Assembly: GCA_013265495.1 (NCBI GenBank)
Contig: MU058257.1
Coordinates: 1,106,020 to 1,170,019, forward strand
DNA: 64,000 bases
Source of the DNA: Vicugna vicugna
Lineage: Eukaryota
Reading direction: 5' to 3'
Shown: in pieces, positions 26,072-39,474 of the stretch
How positions within the stretch are numbered: position 1 is the first letter of the stretch
How the letters are laid out: each line of letters begins with the position of its first letter
The notes under the pieces: generated by a model
What the model saw: the letters and a program-made list of their open reading frames with translations, nothing else
What the model was told of the DNA's origin: nothing
The model's database searches: none
Program-made: the position numbers and the translations under genes

Positions 26072-26968
26072 CAGATGCTCAACAGGCACATGAAAAGATG
26101 CTCAGTATCACTAATTATCAGAAAAATGCAAATGAAAACTACAGGGAGGTATCATCTCATGCCAGTCAAAATGGCCATGATAAAAAAGTCCACAAATGAC
26201 AAATGCTGGAGAGGCTGTGGAGAAAGGGGAACCCTCCTACACTGCTGGTGGGAATGTAGTTTGGTGCAGCCACTGTGGAAAACAGTATGGAGATTCCTCA
26301 AAAGGCTAGGAATAGACTTACCGTATGACCCAGGAATCCTGCTCCCGGGCATATATCTAGAGAAACCCCTAATTTGAAAAGATACATGCACCCCAGTGTT
26401 CACAACACTATTTACAATAGCCAAGACACAGAAAAAAAAGCCTGTGTCCATTAACAGATGACTAAATAAAGAAGATGTTGTATATGTACACAATAGAATA
26501 TTACTGAGCGATAAAAAAGAATGAAATAATGCCATTTGCAGAAACATGGATGGACCTAGAGATTATCACGCTGAGTGAAGTAAGTCAGACAGAGAAGGAC
26601 AAATATCAAACAATATCATTTATATGTGGAATCTTAAAAAAAAAAAGATAGAAATTCTATTTACAAACCAAAGTCAGATTCATGGACACAGAAAACAAAC
26701 TATGGTTATACTAAAGTGGAAAGGGAGGAGGGATAAATTAGGCATTTAGGAATAACAGATACACATTACTATTTATAAAATAGATTTTAAAAAAACAAGG
26801 ACCTACTGTGTAGCACAGGGAACTATATTCAATTTCTTATAATAACATATAATGGAAAGAATCTAAAAATATATGTATGTATGTATATGTGTAACTGGAT
26901 CACTTTGCTGTACACCTGAAACTAACATTGTAAATCAACTACACTTCAGCAATAAATTTTTTTAAAAA
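26072..26968 (+). mobile_element. 5'-truncated L1 (ORF2 C-terminus and 3' UTR)
   Basis: Encodes L1 ORF2 C-terminal peptide, followed by the same 3' UTR as other copies. Confidence 0.95.
26074..26377 (+). pseudogene. L1 ORF2p C-terminal remnant with Cys/His zinc-knuckle motif
   Basis: [18 protein letters not shown]...[33 protein letters not shown]...LPYDP; premature stop; no RT or endonuclease domain. Confidence 0.9.
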
Positions 26969-27082
26969 GACAACTCAAGATATCCCTGCATATTATACTG
27001 GGATTTGTTTCTCCCCTTCTTCTTGAGCAACGGTTTATAGCTAGCCCTATTTAAAGTCCTTGGAGACATCTGAACACCTGTT

Positions 27083-27128
27083 CAGAGAGCCGAGAATCAC
27101 GTTAGCTCCAGAGAGCCAAGAATCACGT
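27083..27128. repeat. Short direct repeat (20 bp x2, period 26)
   Basis: cagagagccgagaatcacgt / cagagagccaagaatcacgt. Confidence 0.85.
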
Positions 27129-28659
27129 GATATTATGCAACCCACTGACTGTGTTGAATGTGATTTGGTGAGGACCAGCCCAGCGCTCTCCAAGGGAAAT
27201 TATGGTAACACACACGATACTTAGAACTGAAAAAGTCTGTGACTCCCAAACAGGTATCTTCGGTTTGACCCCCTAGAAATTGTGTCCCCAGGTGATCTGG
27301 GGGAGACAGGCACTTTAAGCTGTTGGTTCAAAAGCCTCACTTGCGCGGTTAAACCATTTCATCACTTGTTCACTAACTTTAAAACATCAAAGAGGATTTG
27401 CGAATCTGGAAAACATTTGTGAAAAATTTAAATGGGGTGTCACTTTGGCAGTGTAAGTGGCATGAGCTGTTTGATTTTCAACTATTTACAGATGTATCTG
27501 ACTCTAGGATTAATGCATATATTTTGCAGGAGAAATCGTGTAGGCAAAGTTCTGACCAAAATTGCCTGAAAAAGGAAAATTAGTTGAAATCTGCATAAAG
27601 CAGAACTATTATCCTGGATGTGGTGTCTGTCCCTTTGTGTATATGAGAAGAGAGAAACATCTCTTTTTTTTCTCTCAAGTTTGTATTGTTGTATGGCTCT
27701 TGATATCAGAAATTCTGCATCAGAAAGTTTAAGAACTTAATGTTCTGTCCTCATTTTTGTTTGGAATTCCTGAGTTCCAAAGTTGCCAAATCATTTCTTT
27801 CCTGGTTCATATTTATGTTTGAGAACTTTCTTTAAATAACTATTTGGAAGCTGGTCCCATAAGACAATGCCAAAAGACAATATGAATTGAGGACATGTCT
27901 GGCCCTCTACAAGTCGAAGTTTTCTCAAATCTTGTTTTTCGACTCCAGATTCCAGTAAATGAATGATGCTATGACTCACAGCTTCAATCCTTGGGGGGAA
28001 AAAGGAAGGGGGAGAATGTTCAAGTCTTAGCCTAGAATATATTTGAAAGATTAAGTGTTTTCTGTAACTCACATTTTAGTTATTATTTGTGTCAGTTCTT
28101 TCTCCTAAAATGATTTGATGTGACTTACATAAGTACACACAGTACTTTAAAAAGCAACCCAAGAAAATGAGGAAAAAGAAAAAATACTTGCTCTAAGTAT
28201 ACTTCACTAGAAATCCGCTGTATATTGGAATCTACACTTTTTAGCAGCTGACCCAGAGAAGGAAACACTCTTTTTGAAACTATTAGGGGAAAAAAAATCA
28301 ATTGCTCAAGAGAAGCACAACTGATCCTGGTGCAAAGACCCGAGGGAAAATGTTTAATCTGGTCGATCTGGAGAGAATTCTCTGTATTCACAGCGGCTCT
28401 CCTACATGATGCAGTAACAGCTTTTAAAAGACTTGAGCTCCATACATCCCTGAACATGTGCCAGCCCCAGAGGAGAGCTCAATCAGAGAATGTCATGAGG
28501 CAGCCCAGAGAATTCCAGAGCATTCCAGAGACTCAGCTGCACCTTCACCCGGCTTCATCCAAGATAATGTGGTCTACCTAGAAGGATGGATGGACTGCAC
28601 ATCCTTACACAACTGTCCCCAGATATTATCTTGAAAACAAGCCTTTGTGGAAAAAAAAA

Positions 28660-29252
28660 AACACATACACCGTAATGTTCACAGCAGCACTATTTACAAT
28701 AGCCAAGACATGGAAACAACCTAAATGTCCACTGACAGATGACTGGATAAAGTTGTGGTATATTTATGCAATGGAATACTACTCAGCCAGAAAAAGAATG
28801 AAATAATGCCATTTGCAGCAACATGGATGGACCTGGTGACTGTCATACTAAGTGAAGTAAGCCAGACAGAGACAGACTGTATGATATCACTTATATGTGG
28901 AATCTTAAAAAAATGATACAAATGAACATATTTACGAAACAGAAGGAGACTCACAAGCATAGAAAACAACCTTATGGTTACCAAAGGGGAAAGAAGGGAG
29001 AGGGATAAATTAGGAATTTAGGATTAACACATATTCACTACTGTATATAAAATAGACAAACAACAAGGACCTCCTGTCTAGCACAGGCGACCAGATTCAA
29101 TATCTTATAATTACCTTATAATGGAAAAATACAATTATCTTATAATGGAAAAAAATCTGAAAAAGAATATAGATGTATGTGTATAACTGAATCACTATGC
29201 TGTACACCTGAAACTACCACCACGCTGTAAGCCAGCTGCACTTCAGTAAAAG
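28660..29252 (+). mobile_element. 5'-truncated L1
   Basis: aatgttcacagcagcactatttacaatagccaagacatggaaacaacctaaatgtcc... through 3' UTR. Confidence 0.95.
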
Positions 29253-31739
29253 ATACCTGCAGTCCTCGTCATGGCACCCTGAGGCCTCAGCCCTCGTCCC
29301 GGCCTTCTCCGTCTTCTCTCTGCCCCTGCCCTAGGCCAGGTCCTCACTGCATCCTACCTGGAATCACCGAACTTTAATCTCCAGTCTGGATGCTTCGGGA
29401 AGAGTTGAAATAGTTTAGATCCCATTAAGTGTTAGATCTTTAAAGCACAGCCCTGATTCCACAATTCCCATTGTCTTTATGTACGAGAATAAGCTGCATC
29501 ACCTTTGGATCTCAACCTGCCTTTCCAAGCATCCTTATCCCGTACCAGTTCTGCCACTTGCAGAATGGAAAGGTCCTTCCTTTTGCCAGCGCTCACACTG
29601 CTTCCTCCTTTGGGAATACTTCTCTGACCAAAGTGAGGCCCAGATCCCACCCAGCGTTCCAAGCCTGTCAGCTGTGTACCCCACACATCTGTTAGGACAG
29701 TGTCTTTCCCAAGGCTGGAGTTCAGTTAATATTGAGCAGATAAGTGATTGCATAAATGTTCATCTCAGAATTTTCTCTGGGCTGCATTATGCAGGAAAAT
29801 AAGAATTTTTCCAATATTTTTAATTTATTTAACACAGTCCTTGGGGAGGGGAGGAGAAACAGTCTGGGGCCTGCTTTGGCATTCCTTAAAAACCAAAAAG
29901 AGACCCTTTGCAGGGAGCGGAAACCTTTCAACTGAGCTGCACGTCGTATCCTCTCAAGGAGACCTTGTTTCACACCGTGAACCAGAGCACCTGGGAGGGG
30001 CCAGCCCCGTCATGACCCGGGGAAACCCACAGGGCGGGGAACGGCTGGAGACCTTGAGACAGAAAAGCAATCACTCGGTCAGGAAAGGAGCGTGGGGGTT
30101 ACTGTTCACCTGCCCACTATTACGGGTGTGTGACACCACGGGACACTGTGATTTATCAGAGGAAAATCGCCTGGTGATAGGAGTGGAACTAGACCTCATT
30201 AGGGTGAAGCAGTGTCTGATATCATTGAGTCAGACAAAGGCGAACGTGCAGTTGATGTGGCCAGCATTAACTGCCAAGCTGCATTTGAGAAGAAGCAAAC
30301 CAAGTGGCAACTGGCGGCGTTTTAGGAGGAAAATACCCACACGTGAAACAGAAGCAGGTTGAGTGTCAACCTCCAGTCTTACACGCATTCCAGTACAACT
30401 TTGCATTTGATTTGCTTCTACGGTGAGATCATTCGGAACAAATCTATAAAAGAAACAAGGTGTGTGCACTTAACATGCTCTCGTCAGAGCCCTCCAGCAA
30501 AGGGCGGTGGTGGGATTCAGGCAATTACCAAACTCTCATGGTCTTGAAATAAGTGTGGGCTTGTTTCTAGGGCTGAAAAGACCAAAAGTGCTCAGGAAAG
30601 GGATGGAGGAGAAGAACCAGTGATGCCTGACTTGGAGATGACCACTGTCACCAGCCTGGTCCTCAAAGACCCTTCTCCATCAGATGAAGTGAATGTCGAT
30701 TACTCACCCTTGCTTTTGGCCACCTCCCAAAATTGTGGGTGGGATGGAGGTGTCATTTACAGCTAGTGAGTCACGCCATCGGCACGTGTGCACAGCCCTT
30801 GTTCACATGGATGGAAGGCGATCATCACGCTTGTCTCTCTCACCACGTCAGGTTTGGTGGCAGTGGGGTCTAGTGTCACTTATTGATTAACAGAAGAAAA
30901 CGCGGTGATCCTTTTTTTCTCCCCAACAATAATAGCTTTATTCACGACCTCCCTACCGATTGTCCCAAGGTATTACCCTCCACAGGACCATCTCCGGCCT
31001 TTTATCCCCAGCCTTTGGTGTCCCTCCCCACCCTCACCACATTTCTAGAACAGACAAAGAGCAGCTCTGGGCAAAGGAAGGAGGGGCCTCACCTGTCCTG
31101 GGGACCCGGCCTGGAGGGGCCAGCTCCACGAAGGGGCGGGCTCCGCCGCACCTCCTGACTCCAACGCCTCTTCTTCCTGCTCCTCGTTGTTCGTTTTTTC
31201 CAACCTGAAGAATGGATTACTTTTGAAATAATGTGAGGCCATGTTTTCAAGAGCATGGACACGTTATGTGGTCTACTTCTTAATTTTAAACACTTCAACT
31301 TAGACATGCCTCTATGCGGTAGATATTACAGTTTTTAAAGATACATTTCTTGTTTTGAGACTGTTTCTCTAGAACAGAATGTTTGTAAGAGGATAAATCT
31401 TTGGAGAGCGTCATCTGATTGGACGTGCTGCTCCTCCGCAGCCAACTGTGACAGCAGCCATAAAGGGCGCAGATCTGTGCCGTGAGAAAAGACAAAGTAA
31501 ACAAAAAAGTGCAGTGTGTTGCTTGCAGAGATTTACTTTGAAACGTGACCCATAATAATGGCCAAAGAGGGAAATGCTTTCCCATAGTTTTTTTAGAAAC
31601 CTACTTCGTCTGAACAAGTTGATTGAAAATGAAGGAACGACGAACTTTCCAGATTTTAATCTTACTTCTTAAAATAAATAAATTCTTTCAATAGGGCAAA
31701 GGGCCAATGTGGTGAAGGACCACGCAATGGCCCAGCAAT

Positions 31740-31830
31740 GCAGGGTTTCAGTTCTGCCTCTGGGGGATGAGGACTCCAGGAGTCAGTTACTGAATCTTTC
31801 TGATCCAGTTTTCCCCACCAGAAAGGTGAC
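31740..31830 (+). mobile_element. MIR fragment
   Basis: gggtttcagttctgcctctg...agttactgaatctttctgatccagttttcccca resembles the MIR core. Confidence 0.45.
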
Positions 31831-34334
31831 GTTCAACAACTGACTTCTCATCGTTTTTGTATTTCAAAAAAAAATCATCATTATCATCAGAAGAATAATA
31901 GGAAGGAAGCTTCTGTTGAAAACTTCTGAACTTGGTAAAATACTTAATTCAAACCACAGCATTTCCATTATTTCAAGAAATTTCTTTGGGGGACTCATCC
32001 TTCCAGTTTGACTCCCCTGGAAAATTTTTTCTAAGGAGCATCGCAATAAGCAACAGAGTTAAGAAATGTTTTTCTTCACCTGGAGACAAAATAAACATGG
32101 CAAATGTGACTACAGCAGGTGGAAAGGAAGGGGACCCTCGTGCTGGCTGGCTCCAGAGCCCTCTGCCGACAACCCTCCAAGGTCATTTTGCCAGTTAAGG
32201 GGAGATGGCCGAATTGACTCCAAAAGTGATGCTGGGGTCAGCAAGCGCTGTAAAAAATCATCACCCTGTAATTTTTACCATGAGATAGGGACATTTCATT
32301 TCCTCTCTGTTTAACCTACAGCTAAGACTTCTTTGTTAATGAGTTTGGTGTTTGCGAAGGAGTTTTTGTATGTGATTTAGAAAGAAAAAAAATGTGAAAA
32401 CCCCACAAATAGAAGAACCATCACTTTGATATGAATATAATTCTCTTTCCCACCCATTTCTCACAATCATGTACTCTTGATATACTTAATCTTTCGCAGT
32501 GGTTTCCATAGCAACTCCTCCTGGTAGTGGCAGCGCTGAAGGCTACTGGAGTCTTGAAACTCAGCCCTGCCCTGGGCAGATTTCACTCTCTCTCTCTGCT
32601 TTCACTTATTTGTTTATATTAAACCCTGGGTATTTTAGAACTCTCCTTGCATGGGTCATCAAAATCCTGCCAGAGATGAGAACATGAGATCTTTTTAAGG
32701 ACAAGAGATGTGTTATTTTTGTTTTGTTTCATTTGGGGGTTTCCAAGCAGAGGCTCTGATTCATGTAAATCTGCACTCTCCATCACCACTTATCAGTTCC
32801 TTAACAGCACTTAACAAACACAAGGAGATGCTCCGTCGCGGGAGCCAATCAAAGTTTGTCCCTAAAGACGGACAATCACCTCTGATTTGCCCTTAGTTCC
32901 CAGGTGACCAGGAAAACAAGATATTGAAAACCCCGGGTAAAAGTTCGTGGGTGGCACAGGCGGGGCTTGGAATGACAGCTCTGGGACCGTCTAACGTGCA
33001 CAGGTTCAGGTGCTGGGACAGACTTCTCATTTCCTTCCTGCAGTTTGCTTCTCTGCCCCCAGAGAATACCAGCTCTGAGGAGTGGGCTTGGGGACTTAGA
33101 AAATCAAATATTATTATTAATCATGGTAATTACTTTTCTTGGCCCAACTGTGGAGCTGGGAAGCAAATCAAATTCTCTTGAGTGCAGCCATAACTACAGC
33201 ACTGCTGGGCCAGGATTACCTCATCCTTAGTCATCTTAAACTAGAAAGACGAAGACTGCAGAAAAAACTTTCCCAGAGCATAACTGAGCTTGCTTATTTA
33301 CATACATTCAACTCGTAAATGGCACAGTTTAAAGCATTTCTTCCTAAAGATGGAGAAAATCTTGTCTCTAACTCCCTAATGCTCAAAAAACTTCAATGTG
33401 AATGAAATTCGTTTAAAAGTTACTTACATACATTGGTATGAAAATACACTTCTGCTCACTAGTTGGGGGAGATTAAAGTTTCAGAGTCAATGATCCTTAA
33501 ATGCCTTGGTTGAAATTATAACAGTGATATTTCTAATAACTTAGCGGCACATTCTCTTTTGAAATAAATTTACCTCTATGGTCCCCATCGTGGCCAGACT
33601 CTACAGGGCGGCACTGACGTTGAAAGAGTCATAGATTCGTGTATTTATTATGACCACTCTCCAGCAAATGGAATTAAAGCCTTGTGATCTTCCAGAAACC
33701 CAAAACAGCGTATTGTGATGATCTTCTGAGAGTAGAAAGCAAAGTACCCTCGGGAAAGTGTGCCTTTTTCTAATTTTCCCAGAAGCAAATACTAAACTAA
33801 ATATATGAAATGCAGTCCATTTAAAGCCATCCATATGGTCTACAGAAGACACCAAAATATTCTGATTGAGATTTGTGGTCAGATGAAATTATTGGATATT
33901 TTGTGCTGCACTCAACCACGATTAAAAAGATTGCTTGAATTTTTTCAGTGAGTGGAATTCCCCATCAGGAAGTCAGACTTGAGACCCCATGAACACAACA
34001 TTTTGACCATTTGTTAAAATGTCACTGTGACTTAGCTTTACAGGTGGCAGGAAACCAAGGATCTTTCATTTTCATGAGCTACGCTGCATTCTCATATGAT
34101 CCAGGGACATCACTTTACCCCGTGCAGGCAAGTTTCTTCACCTAAAAAATGTTAGTGAAGAATCCCTGAGGTCCTTTGATTGTATATCTTATCAGATTAT
34201 GAATCTGATCCACAGAGGCTTTCAAGAACGCATGAGTGCATGGTAGTCAAAGAGGCAAGGCCTTAAAGCACGACCTTGTAGGTCAGATGACCACGTACGA
34301 GGCATTCAAACAGATCACCTTCTCTATCCTTTTC

Positions 34335-35610
34335 TGAAAAGCATATATTGGGGTAGAAATGGCATATGGCAAATGGAATGTAATTAAAGTGTACAATTGG
34401 ATAAGGTTTGACTTATGTACATACCCATCATCACTGCAATCAGAATAATGACCATTTCCATCGCCCTAATTCCTCATGTTCCTTTGAAACCCCCCTCCCT
34501 GCCCCCTTCCACCCCATTCCAATCCCCAGGCCACCCCTGATCTGCTTTATTCACTACAGATTAGTCTGTATTTTCTAGCATTTTATAGAAGTACAAATAC
34601 ATAGCATGAATTGGGTTTTGATCTGGCTTTTGAGATTCATTCATGTTCTTGCCAATATAGATCATCTCTTCCTTTTTTATTCAGTTGTTTGTTTATCCAT
34701 TAACCCGTTGATGGACACCAGGGTTGTTTCCAGTTTAGGATTATTACAAATAAAGCTGCTAGAAACATTTGTGTATAAATCTTTATCTGGAAGGGTGTTT
34801 TCATTTCTAGGAACAGAGTGGCTGGATCGTATCGTAAGTGTAACTTCAAGCTCTTAAGAAACTGACAGCTTGTTTCCACGGAGGTTCTGTGCCTGTCTAG
34901 TCCCACCGGAAGTACGTGGGAGTTCCAGTTGCTCCACATCTTTGTCAACACTGGTGTCATCGGTCTTTTCAGTTTTGCACGTTCTAATTGGTGTGTAGTG
35001 ACGTGTGACTGTGGTTTTAATTTGCATTTCCCTGGCTTCAGCACATTTCCGTAAGTCTGTCTGCTATCCAGATATCTTCTTTGGTGAAATGTCTATTCAA
35101 ATAATTTGCTCATTTTGTTTTGGTTTATTTACCTTCTTACTGCTGAGTCTTGAAACTTCTTTATGTAGCCTGAATACAAGTCCCTCAGCTAGTATGTGAT
35201 TTGTAGATATTTTCTCCCCATCAGTGGCTGTCTTTTCACTTTCCTCACAGTGCTTTCAGAGAACAGACTTCTTAACTTGATGAAATCTAAGTTATCAGAC
35301 TTCTTTCTGTTCTGGGTTGTACTTTTGCTGCTGAATGTAAGAAGTCTTTGCCTAACCAAACATCGTGAAGATTTTCTCCTATGTGGATAGAAGTATTCTT
35401 CCAGAAGTTTTATAGTTTTATGGTTTATATTTAGGTCTATGATCCATTTAGAATGGATTTTTATACACAGCACAAGATGTGAACTGAACTTGTTTTGTAA
35501 GTATAATCATCCAGTTGTTCCAGGAAAATTAGTTGGAAAGTCTGTCTCTTTTTTTTCCCACTGAATTGCCTTTGCAGCTTTGTCAAAACTTCATCGACCA
35601 TTTATGTGTG
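34335..35610 (-). mobile_element. Old L1 (L1MB/MC-like) 3' end and ORF2 tail
   Basis: Reverse-strand ORF2-like peptides (LHLRYDPATLFL...FLAALFVIILNWKQPWCPS; KIHSKWIIDLNINHKTIKLLEE). Confidence 0.9.
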
Positions 35611-35624
35611 GCTTTGTTTATGCG

Positions 35625-36100
35625 CGTTCTTCAAGATTTGTCTACTTTTCCTCACAGATCTATCAGGTTTTGTTTCCTATATTTTGATGTTCTGTTATCA
35701 GGTTGGGTAACCCTTACGAAGGGCGTGTTCTGGGATGAATTGGCGTGGTTGTCATTATGAAATGGCCTTCTTTACCACTGCTAATGTCTTTTGCCCTGCA
35801 AACTGTTTTGTCTGATGTTAATATAGCTGCTGGAGTTCTCTTAGGATTGGTGTTAGCATGATACGTATTTTTCCGTACTCTTCCTTGTAGCCCAGTTGTG
35901 CCTAGAAGTCAACTACAGGTAATCCGCACCTCTTGTAGACAGCATGTGGTGCCTCCGCTTTCCTGCCCCATCTGACAAGTTCTGCCTTCTGACTGGAGGG
36001 TGAAGCCCTTGTGATTTAATGTTATTGTAGGGCTGCCTGGCTTACACCTACCGTCTCACCGCTTGTTTTTATTGGGCCCGCCTATTCCTTGTTAAATGGT
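35625..36100 (-). mobile_element. Old L1 ORF2 endonuclease-region fragment
   Basis: gtcattatgaaatggccttcttta...ttttgtctgatgttaatatagc...tgttagcatgatacgtatttttcc is typical reverse-strand L1 endonuclease text. Confidence 0.75.
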
Positions 36101-36219
36101 TGGATTATATCTCTCTCCTCACTGTTTACTTGCGTTTGTCCTGTCTAGTTGCTCCCTTTCTCCTTTTTCTCTGCTTTCTTTTGGATTCAGTATCTTAAAA
36201 ATTTGCTTATTTAAGAGCT

Positions 36220-36890
36220 GCTCATTGACATCCCCTCTGCGGCAGGCATCGCTCTGGGCGCTGGGAATACAGCTGTGAGTAGAACAGGCAGACACTTGCC
36301 TTCGGAGACTTCAGCTCTCCTCGGAGGGAGAACGAGGGGCCGGCCTGGCTGGAGCGGGGTGTGCAAGGAGGGGCCTGGAGGAAGTGGAAGTGAGACATTC
36401 GGCCAAGGGTCGGATCCCACGAGGCCTTGTAGTCCGTGGTAGGGCATTTGGACTTTGGCTCAGTGTGATGGGAGGCCACGGACAGGTTTTGAGCATGAAC
36501 GTAACGTGATCTGGCCTATATTTTAAAAGAATGACTCTGGCTGCCGCTTGGCAAGGCTAGACTAGAAGCAGAAGTGCGCTGGAGAGTGCTGGGCGGGGCA
36601 GGAGGCAGCCACTCGGATGTGGAGTGGTGGGAGTCTGGCTGTGTTTTTAAGGTCGATTGGATTTAGGAAAGAGAAAGCGCAATCAGGGGTGATTTCCAGG
36701 TTTTCCTCTGAGCAACGGCATGAAAGCTGGTGCCATTTGCTGCCGAAGATTGGGCTGTGTTTTGTGCCACGCTCCCTTTGAAACGTCTGTGAGCTCCTCA
36801 GATGGAGAGATCGGTGAGACTGTTCCACAGGAGCCTGGAATATGAGAGGAAAGGTCGTGCTGTGGAGGGAGATTTCAGAGTCACCACGGG
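36220..36890 (-). mobile_element. L2 3' region
   Basis: gctctgggcgctgggaatacagctgtgag...tttggactttggctcagtgtgatgggaggccac...ttttaaaagaatgactctggctgc. Confidence 0.85.
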
Positions 36891-37019
36891 GCTGTGTAAG
36901 CTTCTAAGAAACTCTTAAGAAAACATCTCCATTGCGATGGCCCAAACGAAGAAGAATTCCTTTTATTCTGAGACATACATGCTATGATTCTGGGCACCCC
37001 AAGTCCCACACCCAGCCTG

Positions 37020-37200
37020 TAGTGTATCCGTGAGGCTTCTTTTGATCCCATGCAACAGGAACTGACTCCGGATGGCTAAAGTAAAAAAAGGGAGAAATTA
37101 ATTGAAAGGAATGTTTTAATGTGGCCACAGAACTGAAGGAATATTGAAAACCATGACCCAGGAAGGGCAGCATCCAAGGCCAGGCTCAATTCCAAGATAA
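37020..37200. mobile_element. Old MaLR (MLT1J/K/L-like) fragment
   Basis: tgcaacaggaactgactccggatggctaaagtaaaaaaagggagaaattaattgaaagga resembles old MLT1 text. Confidence 0.4.
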
Positions 37201-37331
37201 GATTGTGAGAAATTGCTATTAATAAAACTCAGGTCCAATGGTGCTGGGTCCCCCAACCTCAGTGATGCTCCAAAAAGCCAGGAAGAAGAGCTGTCTATTC
37301 CACATCTGTTACAGAGAGGGACTGAAATACA

Positions 37332-37464
37332 TCCTTGCTGGTAAAGTGTGGTCCTGGGATCAGCAGCTTATTTGGAATCGGAATCTCAGGTCCCACCCCA
37401 CATCCAGTGGGTCAGAATTTGCATTACAGTTAGATCAATACATGCTGATGATGGAGAAACACTG
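37332..37464. mobile_element. MER5A-like hAT-Charlie MITE
   Basis: aaagtgtggtcctgggatcagcagc...gaatctcaggtcccacccca...tcagaatttgcatt...gagaaacactg. Confidence 0.7.
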
Positions 37465-37870
37465 AGCTAAGTGAGCTTCCAGCCATAAAATTCTCTGAGC
37501 GTTTGAACTGGGCAGATGGCTTCATGAGGAGCTACGTCATGGAAGGTTCTCCTGGATTCCAATTCAAATTGACTTCAGGATTCCCTGTTGACTGGCTGAC
37601 AGTGAGCTTGAGTGCTTTATGTGTAGTTTCCTGTCAGTTGCTCTGAGTCTACACACATACGTACACAGCATGACAGTAACACCCTGTATGCCCGTGCGTG
37701 CATCTGCCTTGCTGTGCCCGTAAGACATGTCTACCTTTTGCTCATCTATTCACGTCTGCATATTACCGCTTCCAGTGCAGAAATCTCGCTTCTGCTTGAG
37801 TCCCTTTCTTCTCCTTCTGGGACCCCCCAGATACAAACGTGTCTGGAATAAACACGGGCCAGTGTGGGAT

Positions 37871-38025
37871 GGGGGAGGGTACGGCTCAGTGGTAGAGTCT
37901 GCGCCTAGCATGCAGGAGGTCCTGGGTTCATTCCCCATATTGCCATCAAAAGTAAATAAATGAATAAACCTAACTACCGCTTCCCCAAAAAGTCTTTTAA
38001 AAGTAAATAATTTTTTTTTTAAAAA
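37871..38025 (+). mobile_element. tRNA-derived SINE (camelid type)
   Basis: gggggagggtacggctcagtggtagag...gaggtcctgggttcattcccca plus A-rich tail; degenerate TSD (ccagtgtgggat / tcaatgtggggat). Confidence 0.9.
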
Positions 38026-39474
38026 AGAGTCAATGTGGGGATGCCACTTAAGAGGCTCTGTCTGGGTAAGACTAAGAATGGAGAGACGTATTCAGAGGTA
38101 TTTGGAGGGCAGAGTCAGCGGCAGTGGGGACTGGTGGGCTGTGCAGCAAGGATAGGGGGAGAAGGAGAGTCAGCATGTGGCACTGGATGGTGGTGACCCT
38201 ACTCACTAAGGCAGGGGATGTGAGGAGGACCTGATCTGGGGTGACATGAGTTTAAAGTGGGGTAGGTCTGGCTTGATTTGGATGAGCAGCGTGTTCACGG
38301 AGTGAGGAGTAACACTAAAAGGTAAGACAAGAAGAAACAGTGAGAAAGAAAGTCGTTTATAAAGACTAGAAGCAGAGGACAAGAGTTACAGTGCTGCCTT
38401 TCTGTAGTAGTTTATGGATTGTTAACACTCTCCTTAGTAAGAGGCATTTATCTAAGACTTAGAAACAGAAGTCTCACTGGCCGATACTGACTACTTAAAC
38501 ACGTCAATAAAAAACAAAAGGGCTTCAACTTCTGATTTTAGGACTAGCAATGTGAAAGTTTCATATTAATGGAGTAGACATTTCAGAATGAATTCCGTAA
38601 AAGCTGTTACATTTTCACATATATGTGAAGTCTTACTTTGCACCATCAGGCTTTCATGTTATAAGCTGCTAACATCCTATCAGAAAAACACTGACCCCAA
38701 GTGTAGGCGGCCGACTGGTGTCCAGAGAGGTCCGAGCACTCAGTCAGACTGACAAGTCAAGGTCCAGGGATTCACCTCAGCTTTCCGACAAGGTCGTGGG
38801 CTTGCTTGTAACGCATCAGAGGGAAAAAAGGAGCTTCATGGTGTCAACTGAGAACTTCCAATAAGAAAAAATAATTACTTATAAGGAGTTCCATTATACA
38901 ATATTTACTCCACTAATGATAATAATAAAAAAAAAAACTAACATTCCTGATTCTAAAATCAGAGGTTGAAACGGAACCACTTCTATTTTTTATTGACATG
39001 TTAAAAGCAGACAGAATTGTTTCAGGCTGAGTCTGAACGACCTGATTATGAGCCAACGTCAAATGTGTAGACAGTTTTCGGCAGTGAGAGCAAACGCCTG
39101 CTGAACTTCCCGTCATGTTTAATACTGTGCTGAATTTTGAGATATAAGATCACACTCTAAATACTTGTCTAACAAAGGCCGAAGACATTGACCTTCATCT
39201 GCCTAAAACACACAGAACTCTCTCTCCCGTCAAGCGCTCTGGGCGCAGCCGCTGAACACCGCAAGCCTGCAAGCTGAGGCGTGGATGCTAAGAGCGCGGT
39301 TAATCAGTTGGGGAAGGTGAGAAGGCACCTTACGCTGACTAATTTCAGTAGCAACTGTAATGGACTCTTAATTATATGTAGTGTCTGGTAGGTTCATTTA
39401 GTTGCTGATTGCAAGACGTAGTGGCACATACTGAGCAGGTTACCTCTATAGCTGGGACACATTTTAAAAAGAAA

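Noticed and set aside
29748..30362. 204-aa ORF
   Set aside because: Non-ATG start, no recognisable homology or exon structure
38614..38629. 16-bp perfect palindrome TTCACATATATGTGAA
   Set aside because: One palindrome of this length is about what chance gives in 64 kb; no supporting context
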